Shown one piece after another: positions 1 to 12,415 of a DNA stretch of 64,000 bases (position 1 is its first letter; each line of letters starts with the position of its first letter). The notes beneath the pieces are model-generated. The model saw only the letters and a program-made list of their open reading frames with translations, made no database searches and was not told the origin of the DNA. A program made the translations under genes and the position numbers. Source of the DNA: Octopus vulgaris (Eukaryota); the NCBI GenBank assembly GCA_951406725.2, contig OX597820.1, positions 58,466,001 through 58,530,000 of the forward strand, in the 5' to 3' direction.

Positions 1-583
1 AGCATTCTTAAAGTGAAACAAGCCATTGGTCGGTAAACAAAAGTATCAACAAATAGAAGAGTGAGAAAGGAACATCACTTTTCAAATAATTCAGAATAGG
101 TAAAGGTAAGCTTATGGAGATTAAGATTGTTTGCTATTGGATATTCATCGCGTACAGTGTTCCTAGTCAATTTAATCACCGTCGCAGGTGAACAGTCGAA
201 ATAAATAAATAGACAAAATCCATTCACTTTTTATAATATTCTCTAACCAAGTAATAATACACAATTACAACATATAAATAAATAATAAATCAAAAAATGT
301 GAAAACCACTAAAAATATCCTCTAATGCCAATATACGACCATATAGATTTAAAAAGTAAAGAAGACTCTAGACACAAAAAATATATATGTACATAGAAGG
401 AATTATAGAAAAACCCGTGTAAACCACTGTTTTTTCCGGTTTGTTTATTTATGCGGGAACTCTGGGCAAAATGTTATAGTGCATGACCATCATTGAGGTT
501 TACTCGTTTACTCGTTTGGTGAAAATCGGTTGAAAACTGTGGAGATGTATGCGTTAGTCAATATATACACACATACTGTGATT

Positions 584-591
584 TATATATA

Positions 592-636
<45 letters not shown>

Positions 637-665
637 TCAATATAGGGTAGCAAAAAATTTCGCAG

Positions 666-709
<44 letters not shown>

Positions 710-752
710 ATATATATGTATATGTATATATATATATATGCATATATATATA

Positions 753-809
<57 letters not shown>

Positions 810-810
810 A

Positions 811-889
<79 letters not shown>
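584..889. repeat. (TA)n microsatellite block with TATG/TGCA interruptions
   Basis: Seen directly. It generates the spurious YI-repeat ORFs in the track. Confidence 0.95.
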
Positions 890-1259
890 TCGTAAAGGAG
901 CATGGCTTAGTGGTTAGGGTTTCGATTACCAGATCGGGCGTTGCGTTGTCTTCTTCAGCAAAAGACTTCATTTCACGTTGCTCTGCGACATGTGGCACGT
1001 CGTGCACCTATAGAGATAATGTCGATTTGATGGAGAGAGTGAGCTTCTGATGAATACAAACATTTTGGTTTCGATTGCTGGACCGAGCGATGCATTATTT
1101 TCTTGAGCAAAACATTTCATTTCATATTGCCCCATCTCACTCATCTTGCAAAAATGAATAATCCTACAATGGACCTGCGCCTTAAGTGGGCAAGAAATAA
1201 ATATATTCGCCATATAATCGGAAAACCAGCCCTATGAGCCTGTGTCTCGGAAAGGATCT

Positions 1260-1318
<59 letters not shown>

Positions 1319-3197
1319 GCGCGTACACACACACGCACACACACATTACCCACACTGAGGGAAAGACAGGCTGACAAACAGACAAAAAGAAGAAAAAATA
1401 TAAACTGAAAGATCCAGACTGAAGTACATGTTCCTGCTCACCTACTGTTCTATTTTTTTCGATTTGTATCTCCAGCAACATATCGTAAGAAAACAAACAT
1501 GAAACGATCTCCTTATCAGTTCAGTTCAGTTTGCTTAAGGCATATAATTTCTGTATACAGACTTCATCAATTGAAATAGCACAGTAAGCTAAGGCTACAG
1601 CAATAACCAAGGAAATAACACAAAAGACTTACACGAAGCCAAAGATAAATATCTCATCTCCGTTAAATCCAATATTGAATGTACAGCTTCAGCAGCATTT
1701 GATGGACCTTCTACGCGGCCTGTCTATATGTTAGAAATAGCAACCAAAGCCTCACTGAAATCCTGTTCTAATAACTTTTTTTTTTCATCAAAATGAAGAT
1801 ACTGGCGTAGCTGTGTGGTTAAGAAGCCTTCTTTGCAACCACGTGATTTCGGATTCTGTCCCACGGTGCGGCACCTTGGGCAATCGTCTTCTACTATAGC
1901 TTTGTGAGTGATCTTGGTTGACGGAGACTGTACGGAAATCAGTCATATTTATATACGTGTATAAGCGTGTGTTTGTCTCACTCACCGCTTTACAAGCGGT
2001 TTTGGTTTGTTCATGTCTCTCTAACTTAGCGGTTCGGCAAAAACAACCGATAGAATAAGTGCTAGACTTAAAAGATTAGCTTAAAGATTGATGATTTAAA
2101 ACCCTTCAATGCGGTTCTCCAGCATAATCGCAGTCAAATTACTGAAACAAGTAAAAGATAAAAAGATTGTGTCCAAGACATAGTACATCAGGGTGAGGAT
2201 GGGGTTTATAGCATGGTTGCAGCTAGAATACCTTTGATCATTAGTATCGACCCCCAGTAATTGATTAGTCATTTATTTTATTTTATCGACCCCGGAAAAA
2301 TGAAAAGCGAAGAAGTTGTCATCGGTGGATTTAATCTAAGAACATGCATGTTAATACGTGTGTGCATATATGTGTGTATATGTGTTCGCTTGCAATGTTT
2401 CCCACGAACGAAACATTTTGCTTAATATACGTGATGAAAGTGATATCAGTTGTTATAGCTTTAAGCTTGAAATTAATTATTTGTTTCTAATGACGACGAA
2501 CCTCAAGGAAAAAACTGGGAATTTTACGAACGTAACGGCGTTGTAAGTAAAGTGAAATGGCTTCACCTGGGGGTTTGAAATTGTATCATGGACTGCCGCT
2601 CTATTTTCAAATACATTACTTCTTCATATGCTATTAAAACACTATACCTATATCATACCACGCTACTTTATACCACATCCCACTGCACTGCAAAAACACT
2701 GCGCGCGTACCACTTTCCACGAGAAAGAGGGTGCCCCTGAGTAGTCGGTCAACCTTTTAGAAATAGCAACCGAATTCCCTCAAATTACACCCTATTATCT
2801 TCAAAAAAGAAAGGACACATTAGCCTGTGTAGTTTTGGATACCTCTAAAATTACTGGATAGTCAAAGCTGGAATACTGCTTGATCATACGTTTCCTAAAT
2901 CAAACTAGGGTTAAGTAACAACAACTCCACACTACACTACATTGTAAGTTGCCATTGTGCAACTAAAGATCAAACTCACCTCGCTGTATTCCGTATTTGA
3001 TTAATTATAATTAATTATAATTCATTATAATTTCTGCGTCGTCTAACTTCCCTTTTAAAACCAGAATCAGTTAAACATCATTCTATTTAAAACCCTTACA
3101 ACATTCTTTCAAGAGACGGACTTTCTCGGGACCCTGTACTGGTGTTATAAAATTCAGTTCATAATAAAAGAATGTAACTCGTGTATGATTATATTAA

Positions 3198-4735
3198 ATA
3201 TGTTTTGCAAACAACTTGCACATGCAAGTGCTACCGATCGAAAGCTCCGCATACCGGAAGCCAACAGGTGTATGGGATCATCGGGAAATAATGTGCGCCG
3301 TTTTGGGACCTACCTCTCGACGGCATCATTGCACACCGGTCCCCATCACTGACATGAGGCCCGGCTTGCTAAATCACCTGGTTATCAACTATAGCTCAAT
3401 ATTCTTCTAGCCATCACTCATCGTCTCTTTTTAACCAAATTTCCATTGTAGTTTGGATATCGTTCATGGTGGTATTTACTTTACGATGAGTTAAGCCTAA
3501 CGATAACAACAGTCGCTTCATACTGTGTCTAACGAATCATCTGCATCCGACTTCGATTGGAAAATACTTCGCTTTCCAGCCTGTGTCATCACATTCCTCG
3601 AGGAGGCCTGATCCTCCTGCTTGATCCACACTTTCCTTTCGCTAATCGGTTACCATCCTTCACTCCAAATAATTCCTTTCCTGTATCGTATATTGAGCTT
3701 AACTTTCTGTTTCTCTACTGTGGATCCTGTCACTTTATAAAGAGCTTGGCATACCTTGTTCTCAAATTCTTTATATCTTCCTTTCTCATTAGCAGCCAGT
3801 CACAGAACCCTCGGTTTCCTTCGAATTCTATCTGATGCACTAGTCTCATAACATGCAGCTTCCTGTCGGGAAGAGGTCTTTGCTGTAACATTTATCGATC
3901 CGCTGTGGTTTGCATCGGGGGATTATTTACCACGTGTTTCACGATCACATGATCCACACTGCTCTGTCCTCTTCCTACAAGTCTTACCCTGATGAATCTT
4001 CAAGCCGCTCTCGGTTGCAAACGTCCTACAGCACAGCTTGCAACCAAAATTGCTTGCACTACGTTCGCTGTTCGAAGGAATAGCCTTATTCATGTCCAAG
4101 GTCATTTCCGTGTTAACTGGGCTTGATTGATTCTCGACTCCCCCCTCTCGGTCAATCATGGGGCTGTCATTTCCTGTTATGTCTGTTACAATAAAATACA
4201 GAGGCGAGGATTGGAAGTCCGCAGCCTCCACCAGTCTTTTATGGTGTCGATAGTCTTTCCTATTGTCAGCTCTTCTTTCGAGCAGTCCTCTTGTCTTTAC
4301 CAGATGCCTAACCGTCTTCCGGTATGTTAGTGGTTACCTACCACAAGGTCTTAGATGTTTTGAAAACAACTTGCACACGCATATGCTACCTGTCGAAAAC
4401 TCCTCATACCGGAAGTCAGCAAGTGTATGGGGTCAACAGGAAAGAATGCGCGCCGTTTTGGGACCTACCTCTCGACGGCATCATTGCGCACCGCCGCACC
4501 CCTTCCTTGACATGAGGCCCCGCTTGCTAGATCAACTGGCTATCAAATATAGCTCAATATTCTTCAAGTCATCGCAAATCGTCTCTTTTTAACAAAATTC
4601 AGTGGCTAGCCTTTTCCACTGGTGTTTGGATATCGTTCATGGTGGTATTTGCTTTACGATGAGTTAGCCCTAACGATAACAACAGTCGCCTCACACTGTG
4701 TCAACGAATCCTCTACATCCGACTTCGATTGGAAA
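3198..4735 (-). mobile_element. R2-group (HERO-like) non-LTR retrotransposon relic: two copies of the 3' end flanking a 5' zinc-finger segment
   Basis: The minus strand gives FPIEVGCR(GF) twice (~3545-3565, ~4705-4735), followed by RRLLLSLGLTHRK..., typical of the restriction-like endonuclease C-terminus. ORF 3923-4231 has CKLCCRTFATESGLKIHQGKTC, resembling the N-terminal zinc finger. 3198-3565 and 4354-4735 are diverged direct repeats. Confidence 0.65.
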
Positions 4736-4739
4736 ATAA

Positions 4740-5950
4740 CTAAAATTCGCAATAGCTGAAAATGTTGATTCGTATAAATATACTCCATTAAACAGTAGAA
4801 GAGTTGCTATTGTTACTCCAGATGATGCTGGGTATTCTGGTTTCTTATGCACCCAAAAAGCACCCAAATTTATTTTTTCAAAATTCAAGTTCAGCCTTCA
4901 AAGAAAATTATTAAACTGTTCGATTACTACAGTGAATAGCATTTGGTCTAAATGTAATCCACAATTGTCTACATCTGGCAGAAAATATTTGCAAAACTAT
5001 TTCTCTATCATTACCAAATGCTTCGCTAGGATCTGTTTAATCAAATTAAAAGTCGAAATATTTTCACAGACAAAATCATCACTAAATGAAAACATTTCAA
5101 ATTTACCATGCCTTACTATATTCTTTTACTCTTTTACTCTTTTACTCATTTACTTGTTTCAGTCATTTGACTGCGGCCATGCTGGAGCACCGCCCTTAGT
5201 CGAGCAAATCGACCCCAGGACTTATTCTTTGTGAGCCTAGTGCTTATTCCATCGGTCTCTTTTGCCGAACCGCTAAATTACAGGGACGTAAACACACCAG
5301 CATCGGTTGTCAAGCGATGTTGGGGGGGGGGGGAACAAACACAGACACACAAACACACACGCATACATATACATATATACGACGGGCTTCTTTCAGTTTC
5401 CGTCTACCAAATCCACTCACAAAGCTTTGGTCGGCCCGAGGCTATAGTAAAAGACACTTACCCAAGGTACTACGCAGTGGGACTGAACCCGGAACCATGT
5501 GGTTGGTAAGCAAACTACTTACCACACAGTCATTCCTGCGCCTATTTTTTACGTTTATTTCTTTTCCTAAACGCTTCAGTTTTATCTTACAAATTGAAAA
5601 TATTTGTGACATGAATTCCATTGAGGTTCTTAGATATGCCTGACAAATAGTATAATTTAGAAACAAATGCATTTCCCGGGATGAATTCTGCGAAATCTGA
5701 GTTCTTTTCCAATAACGTCTTCACTTCCGCCAGTTGTCGCAAAGTTTGTCCTTTTGGCAGCCAATACTCTTCTGTAAGCAGTAAAAGCTTACTGGACTCT
5801 GATCCTATATCACGGTATACATTTTTAAGTAGACGGTTATTTGACATTTAATGATATTGATATTTTTAATGACATGTTTTGTGTTTGCCACGAATGCTTC
5901 TTAATGAAGATTCAAAATGAAATCAAATTTGAAATCGAACGGTTTTCCTA
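4740..5950 (-). mobile_element. Degenerate hAT (Charlie/Buster-like) transposase fragment, interrupted by a SINE
   Basis: LLLLTEEYWLPKGQTLRQL...KLYYLSGISKNLN (5587-5847) resembles LLxHTEVRWLSRG...LAYLxDIFxxLN. LLLFNGVYLYESTFS (~4760-4805) resembles the dimerisation motif LLPFxSTYLCExxFS. Confidence 0.6.
5125..5545 (-). mobile_element. tRNA-derived SINE (CORE-like family)
   Basis: Reverse complement of the copy at 29944-30340: tRNA-like head, CCTTGGG(C/T)AAGTG core-like motif, internal (TG)n, AAAAGAGT tail. Confidence 0.85.
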
Positions 5951-6559
5951 TCATTGATGTTGCATTCTCAGTACATGTACTCTGGTAGGGCAGGCTTGTT
6001 TTTCTGTTTCTGTTGTATATATAATTTTTTTTAGCGTTCAGATGTTTAAAAAGGTGGAAATAAAGTGATAAGTAGGTTGAAAGTAAATAGGATGGTATAC
6101 TGGCCAACTACGAGTAGAGAGCAATGAAATTCTTACAGTCTCCTGATTTCCTATGATTTAGGCTGCCTGATGGTCCCAGCAGCCAAAATAAAAAAGGCGT
6201 TGCTCCGGAGGATGACAAGGGAGATATACTGGAACAGCCACTCTGGCTTAAGGGGCTAGCACTTGCAAACAGCCATCTCCACCCCGATAGCGATGAGCAA
6301 GGATATGGTCCGGGGGCTGAGACCGCCGGGGGTGTCCACTACCACAGGATCAACCATAAACTTCTCAGAGAGTGACCGATGGACCAATACCTTTCTAAAT
6401 AAAAAGAAATTGTCCACTTTGACATCTCCTGTTGTACGTTCATCTAAATGTCAAATTGTCTCATTATGGCAATCCACCAGCAATTCTTTCGGTCATCCAG
6501 AAATTTCATGATAGTATGCAATCGGCGGTGAAGCCTCGGAACATTTTTATGTCTAGATG

Positions 6560-7752
6560 GGGGTAAAATAAGGATGCATCCTTGTTCTTGAACTGCTTAA
6601 CATTTATCTGGTGGCTTTATTCCAGGAGACAGTTCACCGAAGAGGACGGAACTCGTATCAAGTACCGCTATGATGGATGCATCACACAACCTGAAAGCCA
6701 CATCAAAAACCCCTCTCAAGCACGGTATACGGGATTTGGTATGCCAACGATTCAGCTGCACCATTACATACCCACTTTTCTCTTCAACAAATGATAAACT
6801 CAATGAACCGTGCGTAATCTCTGATCGGTCTTCAATCAGCTTTCCCGTCCTCACCATCTCTTCAGCCCGTCCCTATTGATGATGCACCTCTACCGCAAAA
6901 GAACTCATTCGGTTATCTTGGAAGCATGATCACTAACACTGGACTACTCGATGAGGAGATACTCTGTCGAATCAATTTGGCTTCTACATCATTCGCGAGA
7001 CTCAGCGAACTAGTCTTTCGGAAAAAGAACCTTAGAGCAAGTACAAAATCTCTGTTTATCGAGTTTTCTGTGTGAGTGTCCATCCTCCAGTATGGATCTG
7101 AGTGGTGTTCCCTTTACCAACATCATATCTTTCAACCAGAAGCGTTCCACATCAGGCTGCTCCAAAGTATCCTCAGTCTCACGTGGCAGGACAAGGTACC
7201 TCATACCGAAATTCCACCAAGGGCTTGGATCTACAGCGCTGAGGCCTGAACCCTCCGTCGTTTTCTCCGCTAGGTTGGCCATACGATCCGGATACCAGTA
7301 ACCGGCTCCCAAAGATGGTCCTTTGGGAGACAGAGACTGCAGGTAAGCCTCATAGACAGCCAAACTTCGTCTTCTCGATTAGCTCAAGTGATCTCTTTTT
7401 ATGCGGTTACCCTCCCAATCGGTTGGAGGCCCTGGAAGGCCCCCTGGAAGGCCCTGGAAGGCCCTGGAAGGCCCTGGAAGGCATAGAGTCCTTTTGTGAT
7501 ACTAGATGAAAGCGTTTTGAAACCGAACGCAGGAGACCGCATAAAGAGAAAAGACGTCGTCATCAACCCCCTACGGCCATTGTTCGGAGGTCCTTTCAAT
7601 AACCTCAGTGCCACAAGATCTGTGTATCTAATATTGATCTTGTCAGCCACCTCCACTCTCATGGGAGACAATGTACTGGAAATTGTGGAAGATGAATGTC
7701 CTAGAGCAAAGCTGTCATCACATTTGATAGGCCTTCAAAAGAAGAAGAAAAG
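6560..7752 (+). mobile_element. Degenerate RTE-clade LINE (RT C-terminal part and 3' end)
   Basis: Broken frames give IKYRYDG...LKATSK...IRDL, YLGSMIT..LDEEILCRINLASTSFARL, SILQYGSE and LTWQDKVP, all RTE/BovB-like. It ends in a (GAA)n tail near 7740. Confidence 0.75.
7426..7482 (+). repeat. 10-bp minisatellite (GCCCTGGAAG) x~5 inside the RTE relic
   Basis: Seen directly. Confidence 0.9.
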
Positions 7753-8019
7753 AATTTCATTTCTAAACTATATTGCTTTTTCAATCTTTACTTATCACAG
7801 CTCTTAAGAAGAATCGATATTAGGACAGAAATAATCAAAACACACACACATATATACACGCACGCACACACACGCATACATATTCTACAGAAATGTTTAC
7901 TAACTCAACTACTCAAGAAATTGTTTTCGATTTGTAAGTAGAATTTTGTTGACATGCAGACACATATGCACACAGATACAAACATTCATATATTCATGAG
8001 CACACACACACACACACAC

Positions 8020-8074
<55 letters not shown>

Positions 8075-8213
8075 TTACACACAAGGCAAAGTAACTTCCA
8101 GCTGTGCGGACAATACCGGACTGACTTGATGCCTCAACTTAATTATCTAATTCAACTGAATCTTAATTATTTCTTTTTGCCTTCGTCTTTTGTTTATTTT
8201 CATAAAGCTTCCC

Positions 8214-8259
<46 letters not shown>

Positions 8260-8322
8260 GTTTAAATATTTGTTGTGCAAGATTTTATTGGCTAAACTGG
8301 CAATATGACCATTCCGAAATAT

Positions 8323-8394
<72 letters not shown>

Positions 8395-8399
8395 ATACA

Positions 8400-8618
8400 T
8401 GCATTCATATAGTCGCCATGATAGATCGTTAGCCACTACACAATTTTTTTTCTCTCCTTGTTTCTCTCCTTGTTTTTTCTGTGTCCCTTTCTGTAGAAGA
8501 GCGTAGGCTTGAAACGTAAAAGACTTTTTCTATTCCTGAGCGTTATACTAATACATCTGTTTGTTTTGTACACCACCGGTCTTCGTCTTTTGGGGTTTTT
8601 TTCTCGTAAACTCACCCT
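8400..8618 (+). mobile_element. Penelope-like pseudo-LTR fragment embedded in (TA)n, with a degenerate hammerhead core
   Basis: CTTT-CTGTAGA-A-GAGC-GTAG-GCTT-GAAAC-GTA-AAAG at 8487-8522. The 3' part is related to 8178-8214 and to the reverse complement of 15361-15445. Confidence 0.55.
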
Positions 8619-9218
8619 ATATATATATATATATACGCATGTGTGTATACGTTTACAGACACATACCAACACACTTCAATGTATGAGTTTGTGTGTGTAC
8701 GTTTGTATGTGTATGTAAACATAATCTTGCTGCAGAAATTTGCTTACATAAGAAATTTGCTTCCATACTGAAGGGACCACACGTGATCAGGAATCACAAT
8801 GTTTACAGCAAAACTATGTTTAACAGCGCTACCTGGCTTTTGGATGCCTTTAGCAGGGTCCCTTATTTTACGAGCATTTGAATAAGGCTTTTCTCACTAA
8901 TCTCGGAAGTTCTAAGGGAGAAGCATGAGAGTTGCTCTTCCTTGTCTGATAAAGCAGTATTTTGTTTTTATACCTTTTATCTTGTGCTTGCTTCAATCAC
9001 TTGACTGTGGTCATGCTGGGGCATCGCCTTAAAAGGGCTTACTCTAACAAACCGACTTCAGTACTTACCTTCTTTAAGTCTGATATCTGTTCTATTAATC
9101 TCTTTTCGTTGAAGCGCTAAGTTACAGGCACATGAGCAAACCCAGCATCGGTTGTCAAGCAGTTGGAGCAAACTCAAAGAAATAGAAACACACACACTCA
9201 CACACAGACACACACATA

Positions 9219-9348
9219 CAGTAATGCCTCGATATACGAGTTAATTCGTTACCGGAGAACTTCGTAAAGCGAAAACTCGTAAACAGAAAATAAAATTCGT
9301 AAATCCAGGGCCTTGTAAAGCGGGTCCTCGTAAAGTGAAGTGTTACTG
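9219..9348. mobile_element. Tc1/mariner (Tigger-like) MITE
   Basis: Imperfect TIRs CAGTAATGCCTCGATATACGAG ... CTCGTAAAGTGAAGTGTTACTG with TA on both sides. Confidence 0.75.
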
Positions 9349-9367
9349 TATACATACAATAATATAT

Positions 9368-9892
9368 ATACATAGCCAAAAGTTACCTGACAGTAAATCA
9401 TAACCGTTTAATCCCAAGATTTATTTATGTTTAACAACTGAATAAATTTAATAAAAGCATCTAAATATGAAGGATAAGAAATTATTAGATGTATAAGCCC
9501 TAAAATTCACTCCATAATTGCCAACGGTCATATGGCGTAGTGATTAAGAGCGACAGCTACTAACCCCAAGATTCCGAATTTGATTCCAATAATAATAATG
9601 ATAATACCACCATCACCTTAGGAATGGGAACCCAGGTTCGAAATTTCCCCAAAAACACCTGATGAAGACTAGAGGGTATATCAGCCGAAACGTCTGACAA
9701 CACCAAAGATGAGGGAAAATGTCCGTCAAATGTAAATAATGTAAATAAATATCATGAAAATTGTTCAAACTGAAGTCCTTCTTGAGCGACACATTTTTCC
9801 ATTCGAGTTAGAATTACAGGAATACAGAAATACAATACAGATAGCAAGTATGGAATTTTGATTTACTGTCGAGTGACTTTTGACCAGCCCTG
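9368..9892. mobile_element. Tc1-like MITE with a nested SINE
   Basis: GCCAAAAGTTACCTGACAGTAAATCA (~9374-9399) is inverted relative to TGATTTACTGTCGAGTGACTTTTGACC (~9859-9885); TA flanks. Confidence 0.6.
9526..9750 (+). mobile_element. tRNA-derived SINE-like element ending in a hammerhead-containing (Penelope pLTR-like) tail
   Basis: A-box TGGCGTAGTGA (9533-9543), degenerate B-box near 9578-9587, CTGATGA (9659-9665)...CAGCC-GAAAC-GTC (9682-9694), tail AATGTAAATAATGTAAATAA. Confidence 0.6.
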
Positions 9893-9952
9893 TATATGTA
9901 TGTATACATACATGCATGCATGCATACATACATACATACATACATACATACA

Positions 9953-9987
<35 letters not shown>

Positions 9988-10430
9988 GTATATATGTATA
10001 TAGACAACGGGCTTCCACTCACTTCCTTGTACCGAATTTACTCACGATGTATTGGTCAGTCTCGGACTATTAGTAGAAAGGCACTTGCCCAAGGTGCCGC
10101 GCAGTGGAACTGAACTCGATTATTAATACGTGACCTTGTACAAAATATATTATCACTGGATTTTGCTCGAAAAGAAAACATTGTCCGCTAGGAATATAAA
10201 GTGGGTTTCGTATGTTACATCGGACCCAAGTAAGGGTCTGTGAAGTTATGACAGGCGCTACTGTAAAAGAAATCCTCGCAGTAAACATTATTCTTGCGAA
10301 CCAACGAAGGAGATTTTATGTAGTCGCTCAACATGCTAGAAATAGTAACTAAGTTTCCCTTATCCCTATCTCACGCTATTGTTTTTAAAATGGTAGTGAC
10401 ACATTGGATAGCGAAGTCTCAGGTGCACAA

Positions 10431-10651
10431 CGAAGGAGTGCTGAAAAGTTCTAAGTTTTAAGGGTACGGCAAAAGGCCTGGCTGGAGCTCAACTTTCCAA
10501 GTTCTTTTACAGGGCTAAGACAAACTGAAGGGCCGCTGCAATAAGTGCAAGAAACTGAGAGGGGAATATGTTAAATAAAACCATAATTAACTGATCATCC
10601 CGTATTTTATTTTACCTAAAGCCAGGAACTTTTCAACACCCACTTCCCTCG
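10431..10651 (+). mobile_element. Internally deleted mariner element
   Basis: TIRs CGAAGGAGTGCTGAAAAGTTC ... GAACTTTTCAACACCC..CCTCG followed by TA. The interior encodes RCNKCKKLRGEYVK*, the mariner transposase C-terminal motif. Confidence 0.75.
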
Positions 10652-10727
10652 TATGTCTGAAAAGCAAGAGATTTAAATAACAACATCAGCATCTACTCTT
10701 AAGAAATCAAACATTATCTGTACTTAC

Positions 10728-11055
10728 CTGGTGCTTTGCTTGTTGCGCAATAATGGCCGTAGACTTTGATAACAGGTGTCAATTTGAAACTGGAATTAAG
10801 CATGTCATTGTTGACCCGTTCGATACCCTGTTCGATAGCCGGACCTATTCGGGGTATACTGAAAGGGTAGCCTTCATAATCCAGTCCGAGTACGCCGACT
10901 TTGATCTCTATGATGTCGCTGCTGGTGTCGGTGTTGTTGGTGTTGTTGGTGTTGTTGGTGTTTACAGTGGGGAGCACTGTCGTTATTGAAAGGGTCCCGT
11001 GAAAAAACCAATTGAGGGCGATCACAATTGACCAGAAGGACATTGATGAATCCAT
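10728..11055 (-). CDS. Exon 1 of an atrial natriuretic peptide receptor / membrane guanylate cyclase-like gene (signal peptide and start of the ANF-receptor ligand-binding domain)
   Basis: ATG at 11055, hydrophobic N-terminus, then IKVGVL..YPFSIPRIGPAIEQGIERVN..L...C....APG, matching the NPR/GC family PRVGPAxxLA...C..AP pattern. Canonical donor CAG|GTAAGT after 10728 (phase 1). No further exon was recognised in 1-10727. Confidence 0.8.
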
Positions 11056-11341
11056 ATGTGTACGTCAAGTGAGGATGATGGCAATGATGATAACGTCGGT
11101 GATGATGATGATGATGAGGAGGAGGAGGAGGAGGAGAAGGACGGGGTGAAAGCGGAGGAGAGTGGGGTGGATCAGGAGACGATGAAATTTATAAATCAAC
11201 GGCAAGGTTGATGTGTTCTTCTGAAATTATGTCGTCCTTGTCAGTATTTGTAGTTGTTGAATGTTATTTTGTTGAATACGATGATAGTGACGACGATGGT
11301 GATGATGATGTTGATAATGATGGTGGTGGTGGTGGTGGTGA

Positions 11342-11420
11342 GATGGAGGCGGTAAAATGGAGGCGGTAAGTTGGAGGCGGTAAGATGGAGGCGATAAGAC
11401 GGAGGCGGTAAGATGGAGGC
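11342..11420. repeat. 14-bp minisatellite (GATGGAGGCGGTAA) x~5-6 upstream of the receptor exon
   Basis: Seen directly, among (GAT)n/(GAG)n/(GGT)n tracts. Confidence 0.85.
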
Positions 11421-11814
11421 GCTGGTTTGCTGTTGCTATTGTTGCTGATCAACCCTAGATCAGACCTAATCGAACAGACCTATGATCACAGGCATACCGG
11501 CCATGACTACCATGCTTTTCTGTTTTTGTTTAATAATGCTTTTGTTTTTGTTTTTGTTTCTTCTGCTTTTAGGCAGTAGTCTACAGGATCACATCTAATG
11601 AGTACTTCTATCTTTTTTAAAAACAAAAAAAAAACCTTTCAGATATAACAGTTTCAAGAAAATGCGGTTGCTATTTCTAGCAGGAAGAGCAACTGCATTG
11701 AGGAACCTTCCTTGTTGTTATCGTCGTCGGTGACGGAATCGGCTACAGGGACTGCGACGGCGGCGGTGTGGTTATTGTTATTGTAGTAGGTTGCTGGTGA
11801 TAAGAATGATGATT

Positions 11815-11855
<41 letters not shown>

Positions 11856-12113
11856 AATAATAATAATGTCGACGACATCGACGATATCATAAATGTATGG
11901 ATGCTGCTAAACATGATGGCTATGATAATGATGATAACTATGATCACTTAGATTTACAACCTAAGTACGTTAAAGGAGTATGCACATGCGTCATCAGTCG
12001 CATTCAAGACAAGCACACCAGCATTGTGACGACATATTTATATGTGTGTATCTGGGAAAGACAAGGTATGTATGTAAGAATGTATGTATGTGTGCGTGTA
12101 TGTCCGCGCGCCA

Positions 12114-12176
<63 letters not shown>

Positions 12177-12202
12177 GTATGTGTACATATATATATATTT
12201 AT

Positions 12203-12233
<31 letters not shown>

Positions 12234-12361
12234 CACACATATATACATTATATATATATATATATATATATAATGTTGCGCCTGGGTCCACAGGTGTGAA
12301 TGATCAATATACCTTTTCAAATATATACGTGTGTGATTGTATGTATGTATGCGTATGTATG

Positions 12362-12415
<54 letters not shown>

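Noticed and set aside
530-1050. ORFs rich in YI/HT/CV/NNN/III (also 11897-12653, 15197-15533, 19542-19833, 29267-29578, 40303-40732)
   Set aside because: They are translations of stop-free microsatellites, not proteins.
1-10727. Search for exon 2 of the receptor gene (expected GPxC-type motif)
   Set aside because: None recognised by eye. The region appears to be TE-filled intron, though a short exon could have been missed.
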